Of a stretch of 64,000 nt of DNA, positions 39,939 through 50,114 are shown piece after piece. Within the stretch, counting starts at the first letter, position 1, and every line of letters starts with the position of its first letter. Source of the DNA: an uncultured Fibrobacterota bacterium (GTDB taxonomy: Bacteria; Fibrobacterota; Chitinivibrionia; Chitinivibrionales; FEN-1185); contig CAVWBU010000016.1 in assembly GCA_963753345.1 (NCBI GenBank), positions 32,001-96,000 on the forward strand. Reading direction: 5' to 3'. The translations under genes were made by a program, and so were the position numbers. The notes under the pieces are model-generated. The model was not told the DNA's origin. It was given only the letters and a program-made list of their open reading frames with translations, and did not search any database.

Positions 39939-41273
39939 TTGTTCCGGTCACTTGGGTTTCGCGGCGGAATCCACCCTCCACGAGACAAGAATTCCACGGC
40001 CGATTCTCCCATTGAAGTGATGCCGTTGCCCGAAAGGGCGATAGTCCCCGTGCTTCAGCACGCTGGACCTGCCGCACGCCTGGTGGTAAAACGCGGCGAC
40101 AAGGTCCGCGTCGGCCAGAGTATCGCCGAGCCTTCAGGGCCCGATTCGGCGGCGGTCCACTCGCCCGTCTCAGGCACCGTTGTCAATGTCGGTGATTTCC
40201 CGCACCCGCGGGGTGGCCGCGGGCTGGCAGTGGAAATAGAAAACGACGGCGCGGACCTGGCCGTGGAAATGTCCGGCATGTACAAGCCGTGGAAGGATGC
40301 AGACCCGCTGGAAATCGTGGAGAAGATACGCGCATGCGGGGTCGTGGGAATGGGCGGCGCCGGCGTTCCCGTGCAGGCGAAGCTCCTGTTGGGCACCGGA
40401 AAACCGACGGAGACCTTGATCGTCAATTGCACGGAATGTGAACCGCTCACCACGGCTGATTTGCGCCTTGCAAAGGAGCATGCCGGGGAAATCCTGACCG
40501 GCGCGCTCATCATCAGGAAAATGCTCGGCGCACAGCGCGCACTTGTCGCCGTGGATGGCGGCCCGGGGGGTGCAATGGCCTCGCTCGCGGCCGCCTGCAA
40601 AAAACCCGAGTTCCGGGACCTGACCCTCGCACCCGTGATGCCGAAATACCCGCAGAGCGAGGAAAAAATTCTGGTGAGAACATTGACAAGACGCGAAGTG
40701 CCTTCCGGCGGGAACTGTGCCGATGCCGGCTGCGTAGTCTTCAACGCAGCCACGGTGTTTGCCGTCGCTCGGGCGGTTCTGAGCGGCATTCCCCTCTACG
40801 AGCGCATTCTCACGGCGGGCGGACCCTGTGCAGCCGCTCCGAAAAACCTGCAGGTGCGCGTGGGCACGCCGGCAAGTGCCGTGCTTGCATACTGCGGAAC
40901 CGACATGAAACGGGCAAGGAAAGTGGTCATGGGCGGGCCCATGCGCGGCTTTGCCCTGGCCGAACTCGACGCGCCGGTCATCAAGACAACCTACGGCGTC
41001 TTCGCTTTCGAATCGCTGCCGCCCGCCGTGCAGCAATACAACTGCATCGGCTGCGGCCGTTGCATGCGTGCATGCCCCATGCGGCTGGTCCCGACCTATC
41101 TCCGGCGGTTTGTTGACAAAAACATGATTGACGAGGCCGCTCAATGGGGCATTGCAGACTGCATCGAATGCGGCTCCTGCGCCTATGTTTGCCCTTCAAA
41201 AATCAATCTGGTCCACTACATGATGCTGGGAAAACACCGTCTCGCGGCCGTCGCCAAAGGAGAAACGGCATGA
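39939..41273 (+). CDS. rnfC: Rnf complex subunit C (divergent)
   Basis: GGIHP; VHSPVSG; GMGGAG; ECEP; GGPM; CIGCGRC...CP and CIECGSC...CP. Confidence 0.9.
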   Translation: MFRSLGFRGGIHPPRDKNSTADSPIEVMPLPERAIVPVLQHAGPAARLVVKRGDKVRVGQSIAEPSGPDSAAVHSPVSGTVVNVGDFPHPRGGRGLAVEIENDGADLAVEMSGMYKPWKDADPLEIVEKIRACGVVGMGGAGVPVQAKLLLGTGKPTETLIVNCTECEPLTTADLRLAKEHAGEILTGALIIRKMLGAQRALVAVDGGPGGAMASLAAACKKPEFRDLTLAPVMPKYPQSEEKILVRTLTRREVPSGGNCADAGCVVFNAATVFAVARAVLSGIPLYERILTAGGPCAAAPKNLQVRVGTPASAVLAYCGTDMKRARKVVMGGPMRGFALAELDAPVIKTTYGVFAFESLPPAVQQYNCIGCGRCMRACPMRLVPTYLRRFVDKNMIDEAAQWGIADCIECGSCAYVCPSKINLVHYMMLGKHRLAAVAKGETA

Positions 41274-42310
41274 ACGTACCCGTTGGCGGTTCCTCACAGC
41301 CGCTCCTGCACGTCTCGGCACCGCCCCACATCCGGCAGAACGAGAGCGTGCCCACCATCATGCTGTCGGTGGTTATCGCGCTCGTTCCGGCGTTTGCGGC
41401 GTCGATTGTCTTTTTCGGCGTCCGCGCCCTTGCGCTTGTCCTCGTATGCGTCGCTTCAACCATTGGAACCGAGGCTGCTCTGTGCCGCCTTTTTCGCAGA
41501 CCTCTGTCCATAGGTGACCTGAGTGCCGTGGTGACCGGGCTTCTTCTTGCGTTCATGCTTCCGCCCGGACTGTCCTACTGGATGGCGGCGTCGGGCGGCG
41601 TCTTCGCCATCGCCGTTGTCAAAATGGCCTTCGGCGGGCTGGGCGGCAACCTGGTGAATCCCGCGGCAGCGGCGCGGGCGTTTCTGATGGTGTCGTTCCC
41701 TGCGGCAATGACCGCGTTCACTCCGCCGGTCAACGGCACGCTGTTCGGCTTGTCAAGGGCTCTTGACGGCGTGACTTCCGCAACCCCGCTCGTGTACTTC
41801 AAGAACGCCATGGCAACGGGCAATTTTCATCCTCTTGACCTTCAGGATGCCATCGGCAGCATGTTTCTCGGCAACACAGGCGGGTGCCTCGGCGCGACGT
41901 CCGGGCTTGCTATATTCATCGGCGCGATTTTTCTTTTGTACAGGGGCATAATCCGATTCAGGACCCCGATTTCGTTTATCGGCAGCATGCTCGTTTTGAA
42001 CTGGGTTTTCAACGGCACAGGCGACATCTTTTCCACGGAAGCGTTCATCATCCCGCTGTACCAGGTGCTTGGAGGAGGGGTGATGCTTGGCGCGTTTTTT
42101 CTCGCGGCCGACCCTGTGACCTCGCCCATGACCCCTATCGGACGGGTCCTGTTCGGAACCGGGTGCGGCATAATCACTTTCTTTATCAGAAAATTCGGCG
42201 GCTACCCGGACGGCGTGTGCTGGGCCATCCTTCTGATGAACTTCTGCGTGCCGCTTCTCGACCGCAACCTGAGGCCGCGGCGCTTCGGAGAAAGGAAACG
42301 ACGTGAATGA
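41270..42310 (+). CDS. rnfD: Rnf complex subunit D
   Basis: SAVVTGLL; FGGLGGNLVNPA; DGVTSATPL FMN-Thr site; DPVTSP; ATGA overlap with rnfC. Confidence 0.92.
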   Translation: MNVPVGGSSQPLLHVSAPPHIRQNESVPTIMLSVVIALVPAFAASIVFFGVRALALVLVCVASTIGTEAALCRLFRRPLSIGDLSAVVTGLLLAFMLPPGLSYWMAASGGVFAIAVVKMAFGGLGGNLVNPAAAARAFLMVSFPAAMTAFTPPVNGTLFGLSRALDGVTSATPLVYFKNAMATGNFHPLDLQDAIGSMFLGNTGGCLGATSGLAIFIGAIFLLYRGIIRFRTPISFIGSMLVLNWVFNGTGDIFSTEAFIIPLYQVLGGGVMLGAFFLAADPVTSPMTPIGRVLFGTGCGIITFFIRKFGGYPDGVCWAILLMNFCVPLLDRNLRPRRFGERKRRE

Positions 42311-42488
42311 AATGGTGAAATCGGCCCTTGCCATGATGAGCGTCGCGCTCCTGGGGGGACTTATCGTTATATTGACGCACGCGTGTGCCGGCGAGAGCCG
42401 GGCGAATTCCGGAGCCGGCTGGGCATTCTCGGCCGAAGCAGCCGCCCCGGCCGCAGGCACGGCGCAGAACCCGTCGGGGGCGCGGTGA
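42303..42488 (+). CDS. Truncated RnfG-like peptide (membrane anchor only)
   Basis: Occupies the rnfG position between rnfD and rnfE; one TM helix; no FMN-binding domain; stop overlaps the rnfE start (GTGA). Confidence 0.6.
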   Translation: MNEMVKSALAMMSVALLGGLIVILTHACAGESRANSGAGWAFSAEAAAPAAGTAQNPSGAR

Positions 42489-43087
42489 ACCAGAATGTCC
42501 AGACCGCCGGCGTTTTTGCACGCAACCCCGCGTTCCGGCTGGCGCTCGGCGCGTGCCCCGCGCTCGCGGTGACCGCCACTGCGGCCGACGCTCTTGCAAT
42601 GGGCGCGCTCACAGCCGCGGTTCTTGTTGCGTCAAGCCTTGCCGTATCGGTCACAAGAAGCCTTTTTCCGCAGAGCGTAAAGATTCCCTGCCATGTCATC
42701 ATTGTTGCGGCTTTTGCCTCCGTGGCCGCCATTCTACTCGCGGCCATTGCTCCAACAACATCCTCGAGCCTGGGAATCTATGTTCCTCTCATCGCGGTCA
42801 ACTGTCTTATCCTTAACAGAGTGGATATCTTTGCATCAAGAAATAAACCATTCGCCTCGCTTGCCGACGGCTTGGTCACGGGGATTGGATTCGCCATCCT
42901 GCTGCTGGCATGCGGCGCGGTGCGCGAGCTGCTGGGCAATTTCTCCCTCCTGGGATTTGCCGTGATCCCCGGCCGCCGGCCGTTTGTCGCATTTACAAGT
43001 GCGAGCGGCGGTTTTATCAGCATCGCAATCGTGCTCGGCATTTACAACTATGCAATTTCAAGGAAGGAAACTCCGGCGAAACCATGA
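42485..43087 (+). CDS. rnfE: Rnf complex subunit E
   Basis: NPAFRLALGACPALAVT; LGIYVPLIAVNC; VRELLG. Confidence 0.9.
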   Translation: MNQNVQTAGVFARNPAFRLALGACPALAVTATAADALAMGALTAAVLVASSLAVSVTRSLFPQSVKIPCHVIIVAAFASVAAILLAAIAPTTSSSLGIYVPLIAVNCLILNRVDIFASRNKPFASLADGLVTGIGFAILLLACGAVRELLGNFSLLGFAVIPGRRPFVAFTSASGGFISIAIVLGIYNYAISRKETPAKP

Positions 43088-43704
43088 ACGCGGGTGCGCT
43101 TCTCGAGCTTTCTGTCGCTTCGATTCTCGCGAACAACATCGTGCTTTCGCGCTGCATCGGCGTTTGTCCCCTGTGCGGCGCGACCGGCAGGCTGCGGGGG
43201 ACGCTCGGCATGGGGCTGTCGGCCATCGCGGTGATGTCCGTTTCGTCGGCCCTGGGCTGGGCAATCGACCGCGCCGTCCTTGGCCCGCTTGACGCACGGT
43301 ACCTGCAGACGTTCGTGTTTGTCATTTCGATCATGTCCCTCACGCTCGTGGCCGACTTTGCGCTGCGCGGCCTGCTCCCCTCTCTGCACCGATTGGCCGG
43401 ACCGCACCTGCCCGCGCTGGCGTCAAACTGCGCAATAATCGCCGCAGCGCTTCTCTCGGTTCAGCCGGATCCTGTCACGCATGGGCCGATGGGGTTCACT
43501 GCGGCGGTCGTCACGGGCTTTGCCACCGGAATCGGATTTGCTCTGGCGACCGTGCTTATGGCTTCGATACAGCAGAGGCTTGAGTTTTCCGTTGTGCCGA
43601 AATCCCTGAAGGGACTGCCCGCGAGCTTCCTGAGCGTCGGCCTGTTGTCGCTTGCCTTCATGGGATTCCGCAACCTTCACCTTTTCCGCGGCTTTGGATG
43701 GTGA
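43084..43704 (+). CDS. rnfA: Rnf complex subunit A
   Basis: NNIVLS..GVCP; YLQTFVF; SNCAI; VPKSLKGLP; LAFMGF. Confidence 0.9.
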   Translation: MNAGALLELSVASILANNIVLSRCIGVCPLCGATGRLRGTLGMGLSAIAVMSVSSALGWAIDRAVLGPLDARYLQTFVFVISIMSLTLVADFALRGLLPSLHRLAGPHLPALASNCAIIAAALLSVQPDPVTHGPMGFTAAVVTGFATGIGFALATVLMASIQQRLEFSVVPKSLKGLPASFLSVGLLSLAFMGFRNLHLFRGFGW

Positions 43705-44726
43705 CCGTGGCTGTCGCGCTTGTTCTTCTATTGCTCGGTCTTATCGGACTCCTGGCCGGCGCAGCGCTCGGCGCGGGTTCGGCGCTGTTCCTCAAACGCG
43801 ACGATGCCGTTGCCGGCAAAATCCGGCTCGTTCTTCCGGAGGTGGACTGCGGCGCGTGCGGGTTTGAAACCTGCGAAGAATTCGCAAAGGCCGTCGCAGG
43901 AAGAAAGGCTGAACCGGCGGGCTGTGTGCCTGGCGGGCCAAAGGTCGCACATGAGCTCGGCGACATCATGGGAATTCCAGTGACCACGCCGGACCCGGTG
44001 ATGGCGGTGGTACATTGCAAGGGCGGCATCAAGGAAGCGTCAAACCGCTGCGTGTATGACGGAATGCCGGATTGCCATGCCGCCATCCTGGCCGGCAACG
44101 GCCACAAGACCTGTTTCGACGGCTGCCTCGGACTCGGCAGTTGCGCGGCCGCATGCCCCTTCGGCGCAATCCGCATAAACGATAACGGAATCGCCGCAGC
44201 CGACCCGGATGCCTGCACCGGGTGCGGCCTGTGCGTACGCGCATGCCCCCGCGGTATCATAGAGCTTATCCCCCGTGTCCACAAGATATTCATCGCGTGC
44301 GTCAACCACGACCGGGGCGCACGCGTCGGCGCTTACTGCACCGTGGGCTGCACCGCGTGCACCCTGTGTGCCAAAGCGACGCCATCGGGCGCCATTACGA
44401 TGGAAGATAATCTGCCGGTGCTCAACTACTTGTCCGGCGAGAACTTCGTGGTTGCTGCGCACTCGTGTCCTTCGGAATGCTTTGTGGACCTTGTAAAATT
44501 CCGGCCCAAGGTGAACATCGACGCCAAATGCACCGGCTGCGGCGAATGCGTTCCTTCCTGTCCAACTGACGCGATCTCGGGCGAAAAAGGTCGCCGCCAT
44601 GTCGTTTCAAAGGAAAAGTGCATCGGCTGCGGCATGTGTCTCACCACCTGCCCGGTCCATGCAATTGCGATGTGGGGAGGTCTCGGATATGTTGAAGACA
44701 TCAGGCGAAGGGTAACAAGGGCATAG
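43698..44726 (+). CDS. rnfB: Rnf complex subunit B (polyferredoxin)
   Basis: LPEVDCGACGFETC; CVPGG; multiple CxxCxxCxxxCP motifs. Confidence 0.9.
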   Translation: MVTVAVALVLLLLGLIGLLAGAALGAGSALFLKRDDAVAGKIRLVLPEVDCGACGFETCEEFAKAVAGRKAEPAGCVPGGPKVAHELGDIMGIPVTTPDPVMAVVHCKGGIKEASNRCVYDGMPDCHAAILAGNGHKTCFDGCLGLGSCAAACPFGAIRINDNGIAAADPDACTGCGLCVRACPRGIIELIPRVHKIFIACVNHDRGARVGAYCTVGCTACTLCAKATPSGAITMEDNLPVLNYLSGENFVVAAHSCPSECFVDLVKFRPKVNIDAKCTGCGECVPSCPTDAISGEKGRRHVVSKEKCIGCGMCLTTCPVHAIAMWGGLGYVEDIRRRVTRA

Positions 44727-44814
44727 CGCAGCCTCGTTCATGCCACCGCGATTCCGGCTTTCAAAATCGGTATTCTTGGCCAGAGAACATGGCATGAATA
44801 ACAGCGGAATGCTC

Positions 44815-44843
44815 TTGACTTTAGCCCGGAATTCATGTAATAT
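44815..44843 (+). promoter_or_regulatory. Putative sigma-70 promoter of the pilin gene
   Basis: TTGACT-17 nt-TAATAT. Confidence 0.5.
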
Positions 44844-44983
44844 ATAGGTGAGTCCTGAACTCCAGCGGAGCTGTGATGCTCAGGAAAGGGGGTTATCCGA
44901 GTTACATGATTATTTGAATTATGTAACCGATTGGTGATAAAGCAAGTTTCCAGAACGAAAATCCAACTATTGAGGAGCAGACT

Positions 44984-45412
44984 ATGAGAAAGCTTTTGCA
45001 GAAAACCAAAGGATTCACCCTTGTCGAATTGATGGTCGTGATTGTCATTATCGGTATTCTTGCTGCGGTTGCCATTCCAAAGTTCCTTGATGCCTCACAG
45101 AAGGCAAAGGCGTCGGAATTCCCCACGCAGCTGACAGCGATCTACACGGGCCAGCTTGCATTCCAGGCCGAACGCGGCTCCTACGTGACAGTCTTTCAGT
45201 ACCTGAAAGACTCCGCAGGTGTTGATGTTCCGTCCTCGAGCAGATGGTTCAACTACACCATGACCGCTCCCAATTCCACCTCATTCACGGGAAAGGCGAC
45301 CGTGGGGACTGCATTCGGAGATGCGCAACACCCCGACTACGGGCAGATAGACCAGACAAATTCAAAGTACTGCACATCCGTGCTGGCAAGATATTGCCCG
45401 AGCTGGAGGTAG
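44984..45412 (+). CDS. Type IV pilin (prepilin cleavage/methylation domain)
   Basis: KG|FTLVELMVVIVIIGILAAVAIP; GAGGAG RBS; C-terminal Cys pair. Confidence 0.92.
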   Translation: MRKLLQKTKGFTLVELMVVIVIIGILAAVAIPKFLDASQKAKASEFPTQLTAIYTGQLAFQAERGSYVTVFQYLKDSAGVDVPSSSRWFNYTMTAPNSTSFTGKATVGTAFGDAQHPDYGQIDQTNSKYCTSVLARYCPSWR

Positions 45413-45435
45413 TATCGTAGCAATTGGTATAGGTT

Positions 45436-45474
45436 AGGAAGCCCCGGTACCAATATACCGGGGCTTTCTTTTTT
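45436..45474 (+). terminator. Intrinsic terminator
   Basis: AAGCCCCGGTA-CCAATA-TACCGGGGCTT followed by TCTTTTTT. Confidence 0.85.
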
Positions 45475-45705
45475 GCAAAAAAACCAAGCCCTTACTCGTG
45501 TCAAGGCCTTGCCCGATCCCGCAAAAAGCAGTGATCATTCCGTACCCCGTGAATGGAAATACCTAACCCTGCCGCAGAGCATCGGCAAAAAAAACGCAAA
45601 GTAGTTGGCTCGGGAATGCAGGATATATATATTGTCAATGGACAATGGCCCCCAGGCCAATCCGCCTCATTTGAATTTGAAAACCCCCGGCAAAAGGAGG
45701 CACGC

Positions 45706-47274
45706 ATGATGTCTAAATCAGTTTCCCGAGCAGTTATTGCATTGCTGTGCGCTGCGGCTGCGGTCGCGGCCCAGGCAGGCGATTGGACGCCCATGCCCAC
45801 GACCACAGCATTCGGCACGCGGGGCCTTTCGCAGACCGCATCGGCCCAGGCGCTCGGCGCAGGACGCCTCAACCTGACCGTTCAGGGCGCCTGGTACCAG
45901 CAGAAGGACAATTTTCCTGGTGCGCCAAACTCCGGCACAAACATCGCCACAGGCGTTGGGGCCCTTGCATTCGGCGTCAGCAATTATTTCGACGTGTTCG
46001 GCGGCGCAGATGGCTTCAAACTCACAAAGTATACCGCGGGCAGCACCGCATCCGGTCTGGGCACGGTCACCGGCGGAGTGCAGGCATCGCTGCCGCTCCC
46101 CCAGGGTGTTCCCATCTTTCTTGCCGTACAAGGCGCGGTGCTGGCAGGCCAGTCCAAGAACCAGATCGACTCGAACCGCGCCGATGGATACAATTACTTT
46201 GAAACGCGGACCGGCTATGATGTCATGGGCAAACTGCTTCAGTCGCTGGTGCTCGGCAGCGACAGCCGGGGATTCGCGCTGCACCTCAATGAGGGCGCTG
46301 TGAAATCGACCCAGGCCGGTAAGGATATCATCATGGTGTTCGCAGGCGGCGTTCAAGCCAACATCATTCCTTACTTGTCCATTGGCGTGGAAGCAAACTC
46401 ACGCACGTTTGCCAAGAACACCGCCTTCAAAACCGATCCTGTCTGGATCACTCCCACGGTGATAGTGAGGACGCCGGCGCTTCTCTCCTTTACGGTCGGC
46501 TGCGACGTGGCCGCTTCCCAGAAACGCACGAGCGATCCGGCGCAAAAGTCGCTTGAACCTTACCGCATCTTCGGCAGCATGCAGCTGTCAATTGACTGTC
46601 TTGCCGGAAAGAGGCGCGCCATTGCCGAGAAAGCCAAGGCCGACTCTATGGAACACGCCCAGCTTGCAGAGTGCCAGACAAGCGTCCAGCGTGTCACCCT
46701 GTCCCGCGAGGCTGCCTTGAACCAGATGAAACTCGATTCGATCCAATGCAAACGGACAGCCGACTCGCTTGCCGCCGTTAGCGGCGCTCTCTTGCGCAAG
46801 ATTCAATTGGATTCCGCGGCGCTTCTTGCGGCGCAACTTGAATACAAGCGCCTGCTGGAAATCGAGAAGGACCGGCGCTCCGACATCGAGAAGAAACTGC
46901 TGACCACGGGCATGCTGATTCTTGATGCCGTTTACTTTGAGTCGGGCAAGACCGAAATTTCCATGAATTCAAAGCCCTATCTCAAGATCATCGGCAAGAT
47001 GCTTGAACGGTATCCAAAACTGGAACTCGAGGTGGGCGGCCATACCGACAACCTCGGGTCGGCGGACAAGAACCAGCAGCTCAGCCAGCTCCGGGCCGAG
47101 GCTGTGCGCAGTTACCTGATGCAGGTTGCGCCGGGTCTCACCGACAGGCTGTCGGCAATGGGCTACGGGGCGTCCGTACCGAAGGCGGACAACAGGAAGG
47201 CGGCCGGCCGCAAGGTCAACCGCAGGGTTGAGCTCAAGGTGCTCAATCCGGATGTGTTGAAGGAATACAATTAA
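45706..47274 (+). CDS. OmpA family protein (beta-barrel, helical linker, peptidoglycan-binding domain)
   Basis: AAGGAGG RBS; signal peptide; VYFESGK; GGHTDN; LSQLRAEAV; GYG; NRRVE. Confidence 0.92.
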   Translation: MMSKSVSRAVIALLCAAAAVAAQAGDWTPMPTTTAFGTRGLSQTASAQALGAGRLNLTVQGAWYQQKDNFPGAPNSGTNIATGVGALAFGVSNYFDVFGGADGFKLTKYTAGSTASGLGTVTGGVQASLPLPQGVPIFLAVQGAVLAGQSKNQIDSNRADGYNYFETRTGYDVMGKLLQSLVLGSDSRGFALHLNEGAVKSTQAGKDIIMVFAGGVQANIIPYLSIGVEANSRTFAKNTAFKTDPVWITPTVIVRTPALLSFTVGCDVAASQKRTSDPAQKSLEPYRIFGSMQLSIDCLAGKRRAIAEKAKADSMEHAQLAECQTSVQRVTLSREAALNQMKLDSIQCKRTADSLAAVSGALLRKIQLDSAALLAAQLEYKRLLEIEKDRRSDIEKKLLTTGMLILDAVYFESGKTEISMNSKPYLKIIGKMLERYPKLELEVGGHTDNLGSADKNQQLSQLRAEAVRSYLMQVAPGLTDRLSAMGYGASVPKADNRKAAGRKVNRRVELKVLNPDVLKEYN

Positions 47275-47293
47275 GAATAATAATGTTCTTGGT

Positions 47294-47475
47294 GGGGGCA
47301 CCGCCTCGCGGCGGTTCCCCCTGGCCCCAAGCCTCCTCGTCCCGCAAATAGCGGGACTGCGGGGTCTCGGGGCACACCCCCTCCTGCGAATGGGCGCGCC
47401 AAAGTCGCTCGCTTGACGCTCGCGAGGCGTCGCCCCTTCGCAACGCAACCTCAGTGGAATGCCGCTTCGCGGCTG
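47294..47475. repeat. GC-rich multi-hairpin intergenic element resembling family B
   Basis: GGGGG...TCCCCCT opening hairpin; GTCCCGC/GCGGGAC; ACCCCCTCCTG box as in family B; further hairpins. Confidence 0.45.
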
Positions 47476-47657
47476 TAAAGACGAAGTCACCGAATCAACA
47501 ACAAATCACCCATCTCTTTTATGTTAGGTTTTAAACAGCCCACTCTCCCCCACCTATTCTTGCTCTTTGTATGATCAATACCCATTCCAATTTGCATTTC
47601 CTCTAAGTATTACGTAGTTTCCAAGTGTGGGGACAATCCTTTCTTAAAGGGGACACA

Positions 47658-48951
47658 ATGAACAGGCTCATGCTCGTTTCTCTCGCGGCACTCTCCTTTG
47701 TCATCTTGCCCGCCAACGCACGGACGATTCTCGTAGGTCCTTCCCGCACTTACAAAACTCCCTGCGATGCTTCAAGCGCGGTGCAGACCGGGGATACCGT
47801 TCAAATCGACACCGGCACCTACCTTGACCAGGCCTGCATCTGGGCAATGAGCAACACGGTCATCCGCGGGGCAACGGAATTCGCGCACCTCAAGGCGCCC
47901 GCCGTCATTCCAAACCAGAAGGCGATCCTTGTTATAAGCGGCAGCAACACCACCGTGGAGAACATCGAGTTTTCCAACGCGAGCGTTCCCGACCAGAACG
48001 GCGCGGGCATACGCCAGGAAGGCAGCAACGTGACCATCCGCCACTGCTACTTTCACAATTGCGAAGACGGCATTCTCGGCGGCAGCGGCAACGTGCTCAT
48101 CGAATATTCGGAGTTTGACTCCTGCGGCTTCGGCGACGGGTACAGCCACAACATGTACATTTCGGCCTGCGACACCTTCACGCTCAGGTTTTGCTACACC
48201 CACCGAGCGGATGAAGGGCACACAGTCAAGAGCAGAGCATTTCGCAATTACATTTTGTACAACCGCATCGCCTCGGAAAACAGCACCACCAGCTACGAAA
48301 TCAATCTTCCCAATGCGGGAACTTCATTTATAATAGGCAACCTGATACAGCAGGGACCGAACTCCGACAACTCGGCCATTATCGACTACGGCTCCGAAGG
48401 CCTTGCAAGCCACGACACCGCGCTCTACGTTGTCAACAACACCATCGTGAACGACCGCGGCTCGGGAACGTTCATCTCCATTTCCAATACCTCCAACCAG
48501 CCGAAGGTGTACAACAATTTCTTCGTGGGCGGCGGCACGGTGTGCACCCGGCAGATGGATTCGGCCGCGAACATCGTCACCAACACGCCGGCGTTCGTCG
48601 ACAGGGCGAATTACGATTACCACCTCACCTCGGCTTCGCCCGGGATCGACAAGGGAGCGAATCCGGGGAGTGTGGGAAGTTTCTCACTTGCGCCCGTGTT
48701 CCAATACGTTTACAATTGTTCAGGAGAGGCGCGGACGGTTGATTGGCAGCGCGCTTGACGTGGGGGCATTGGAGTTCGGAAGCGCGAGCACGTTGACATT
48801 TCGGCAACCGGTGATGATGACCAAGGGCCGAAAGGCATTCACGCTTGGAACTGATCCGGTGTATGATGTTCTTGGGAGGAGCATGCCGAAGGATATTGGA
48901 CACGGTCATGAAATTGCGAGGCAGATTGGGGTTGTGGAGGAGAATAAGTAG
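47658..48951 (+). CDS. Secreted right-handed beta-helix repeat protein, with a frameshift at about 48743
   Basis: Signal peptide; VPDQNGAGIR; HNMY; KSRA; DYHL...SPGIDKG; the expected DVGALE motif lies in the +1 frame (ORF 48670-48951). Confidence 0.78.
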
Positions 48952-49298
48952 AGCAGGAGCATGCAGGCGTGAGGATATGATACAAAGGAAATACAAGAGT
49001 AAATCAAAACCAAAATCAAGATATGGAAAGGGCTCTGCCCTTTAGATCCCGCTGGGAAAATGCTTATCAGGATCCCCCACCCACCTCCCCCGGGGGAGGC
49101 TTTGACGGGTACAGCTTCCAGGACAACAATATAGGGAGCGGGATGATTGTGGATCAACCAATGCCAAGACGAGTATTCTCAAACCACACTCCTTGTTCGG
49201 ATTCAACCAGGTCAAACATTCGAGACCAATAAAGAAAAGGTAGAAACGTGAGACGGATGAGATACCTTATTGGGGTGAAAAGTTTATCCTGCGCCTAG

Positions 49299-49796
49299 TT
49301 CGTGTTCAATTGCCGTTTGTTAACTGACTAATAATTATATTCACGAGCGGGAAAAGACGAGATTTAGGATTGAATGTCTAAACTTATAGCCGCTCGCGAA
49401 TGAATTAAATCCGTTTTGCGCATGAAAGCACCGCCATGCTGGCGGTGCGAAAGGCAATAAAACAAATCTAAACACCCAGCGCAATTCGCATCCGCGAACT
49501 GCGCCCAACCTGCACATGGCCGTCATTCCATTGCTCAATGGAACAACGCCATCCGGGTTAAAATGGCTGAAATATAATTGCTAAAATAGAATTAATTGAG
49601 GATGTAATAACTGTGCGCAAAACGGTTAAGGAATAAGAAACAAACGGCAACTCGGGGCCGAATTTGGCCCCGCCCTTTGCCTCACCGCAATGTACCGCAA
49701 GACGGGGAACACAACAGCCGCAGCACAAAAGCGCGGCTGACCTGTCGGATTGTTGAATGTATTGATAGGCCGCGTCTTTGTGCAATGCGGCGCACG
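49299..49796 (+). mobile_element. Putative non-coding gene cassette 1
   Basis: Follows G|TTCGTGTTCAATTGCCGTTTGTT, which is complementary to AACAAACGGCAA (49639-49650) and GAACAC-AAC (49707-49715); ends in attC-like site 1. Confidence 0.55.
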
Positions 49797-49802
49797 TTCG
49801 TG
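49709..49802 (+). mobile_element. attC-like recombination site 1
   Basis: ACACAAC...GTTCGTG flanking a long imperfect hairpin (GCCGCA/TGCGGC, GCACAAA/TTTGTGC, CGCGGC/GCCGCG). Confidence 0.6.
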
Positions 49803-50042
49803 CAAAATTGCTGGCTTGCCCAGAATCTATTCTTGCGTTTTTCATTTCTTGTACTCATCAATACCGAATAAATATTTAACATCTCAAAACAAATCTCATT
49901 TGAGAAGTCGTATCTCACTTTAATTCAATATGTTATAAATACACAGAAACAATGTTGATAGAATAATAGTTTATCATGAAAAAGGAATGTGCCGAAAAAT
50001 AGCTGTAAAATGCGATATTCTTCAACTTCTCATAAATAATTC

Positions 50043-50071
50043 TTGCAACTTTTCTATTTTGAGATTATATT
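50043..50071 (+). promoter_or_regulatory. Putative sigma-70 promoter inside cassette 2
   Basis: TTGCAA-17 nt-TATATT, upstream of the AGGAGG RBS of the ORF at 50115. Confidence 0.6.
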
Positions 50072-50114
50072 ATTCAAGGAAGGATAAATTTAAATAATCA
50101 TCTTAGGAGGCAAG

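Noticed and set aside
45605-45619. Sigma-54-like site upstream of ompA
   Set aside because: GG-to-GC spacing is 9 nt rather than the required 10.
48906-49290. Integron integrase remnant beside the cassette array
   Set aside because: The short ORFs I examined here show no tyrosine-recombinase motifs.
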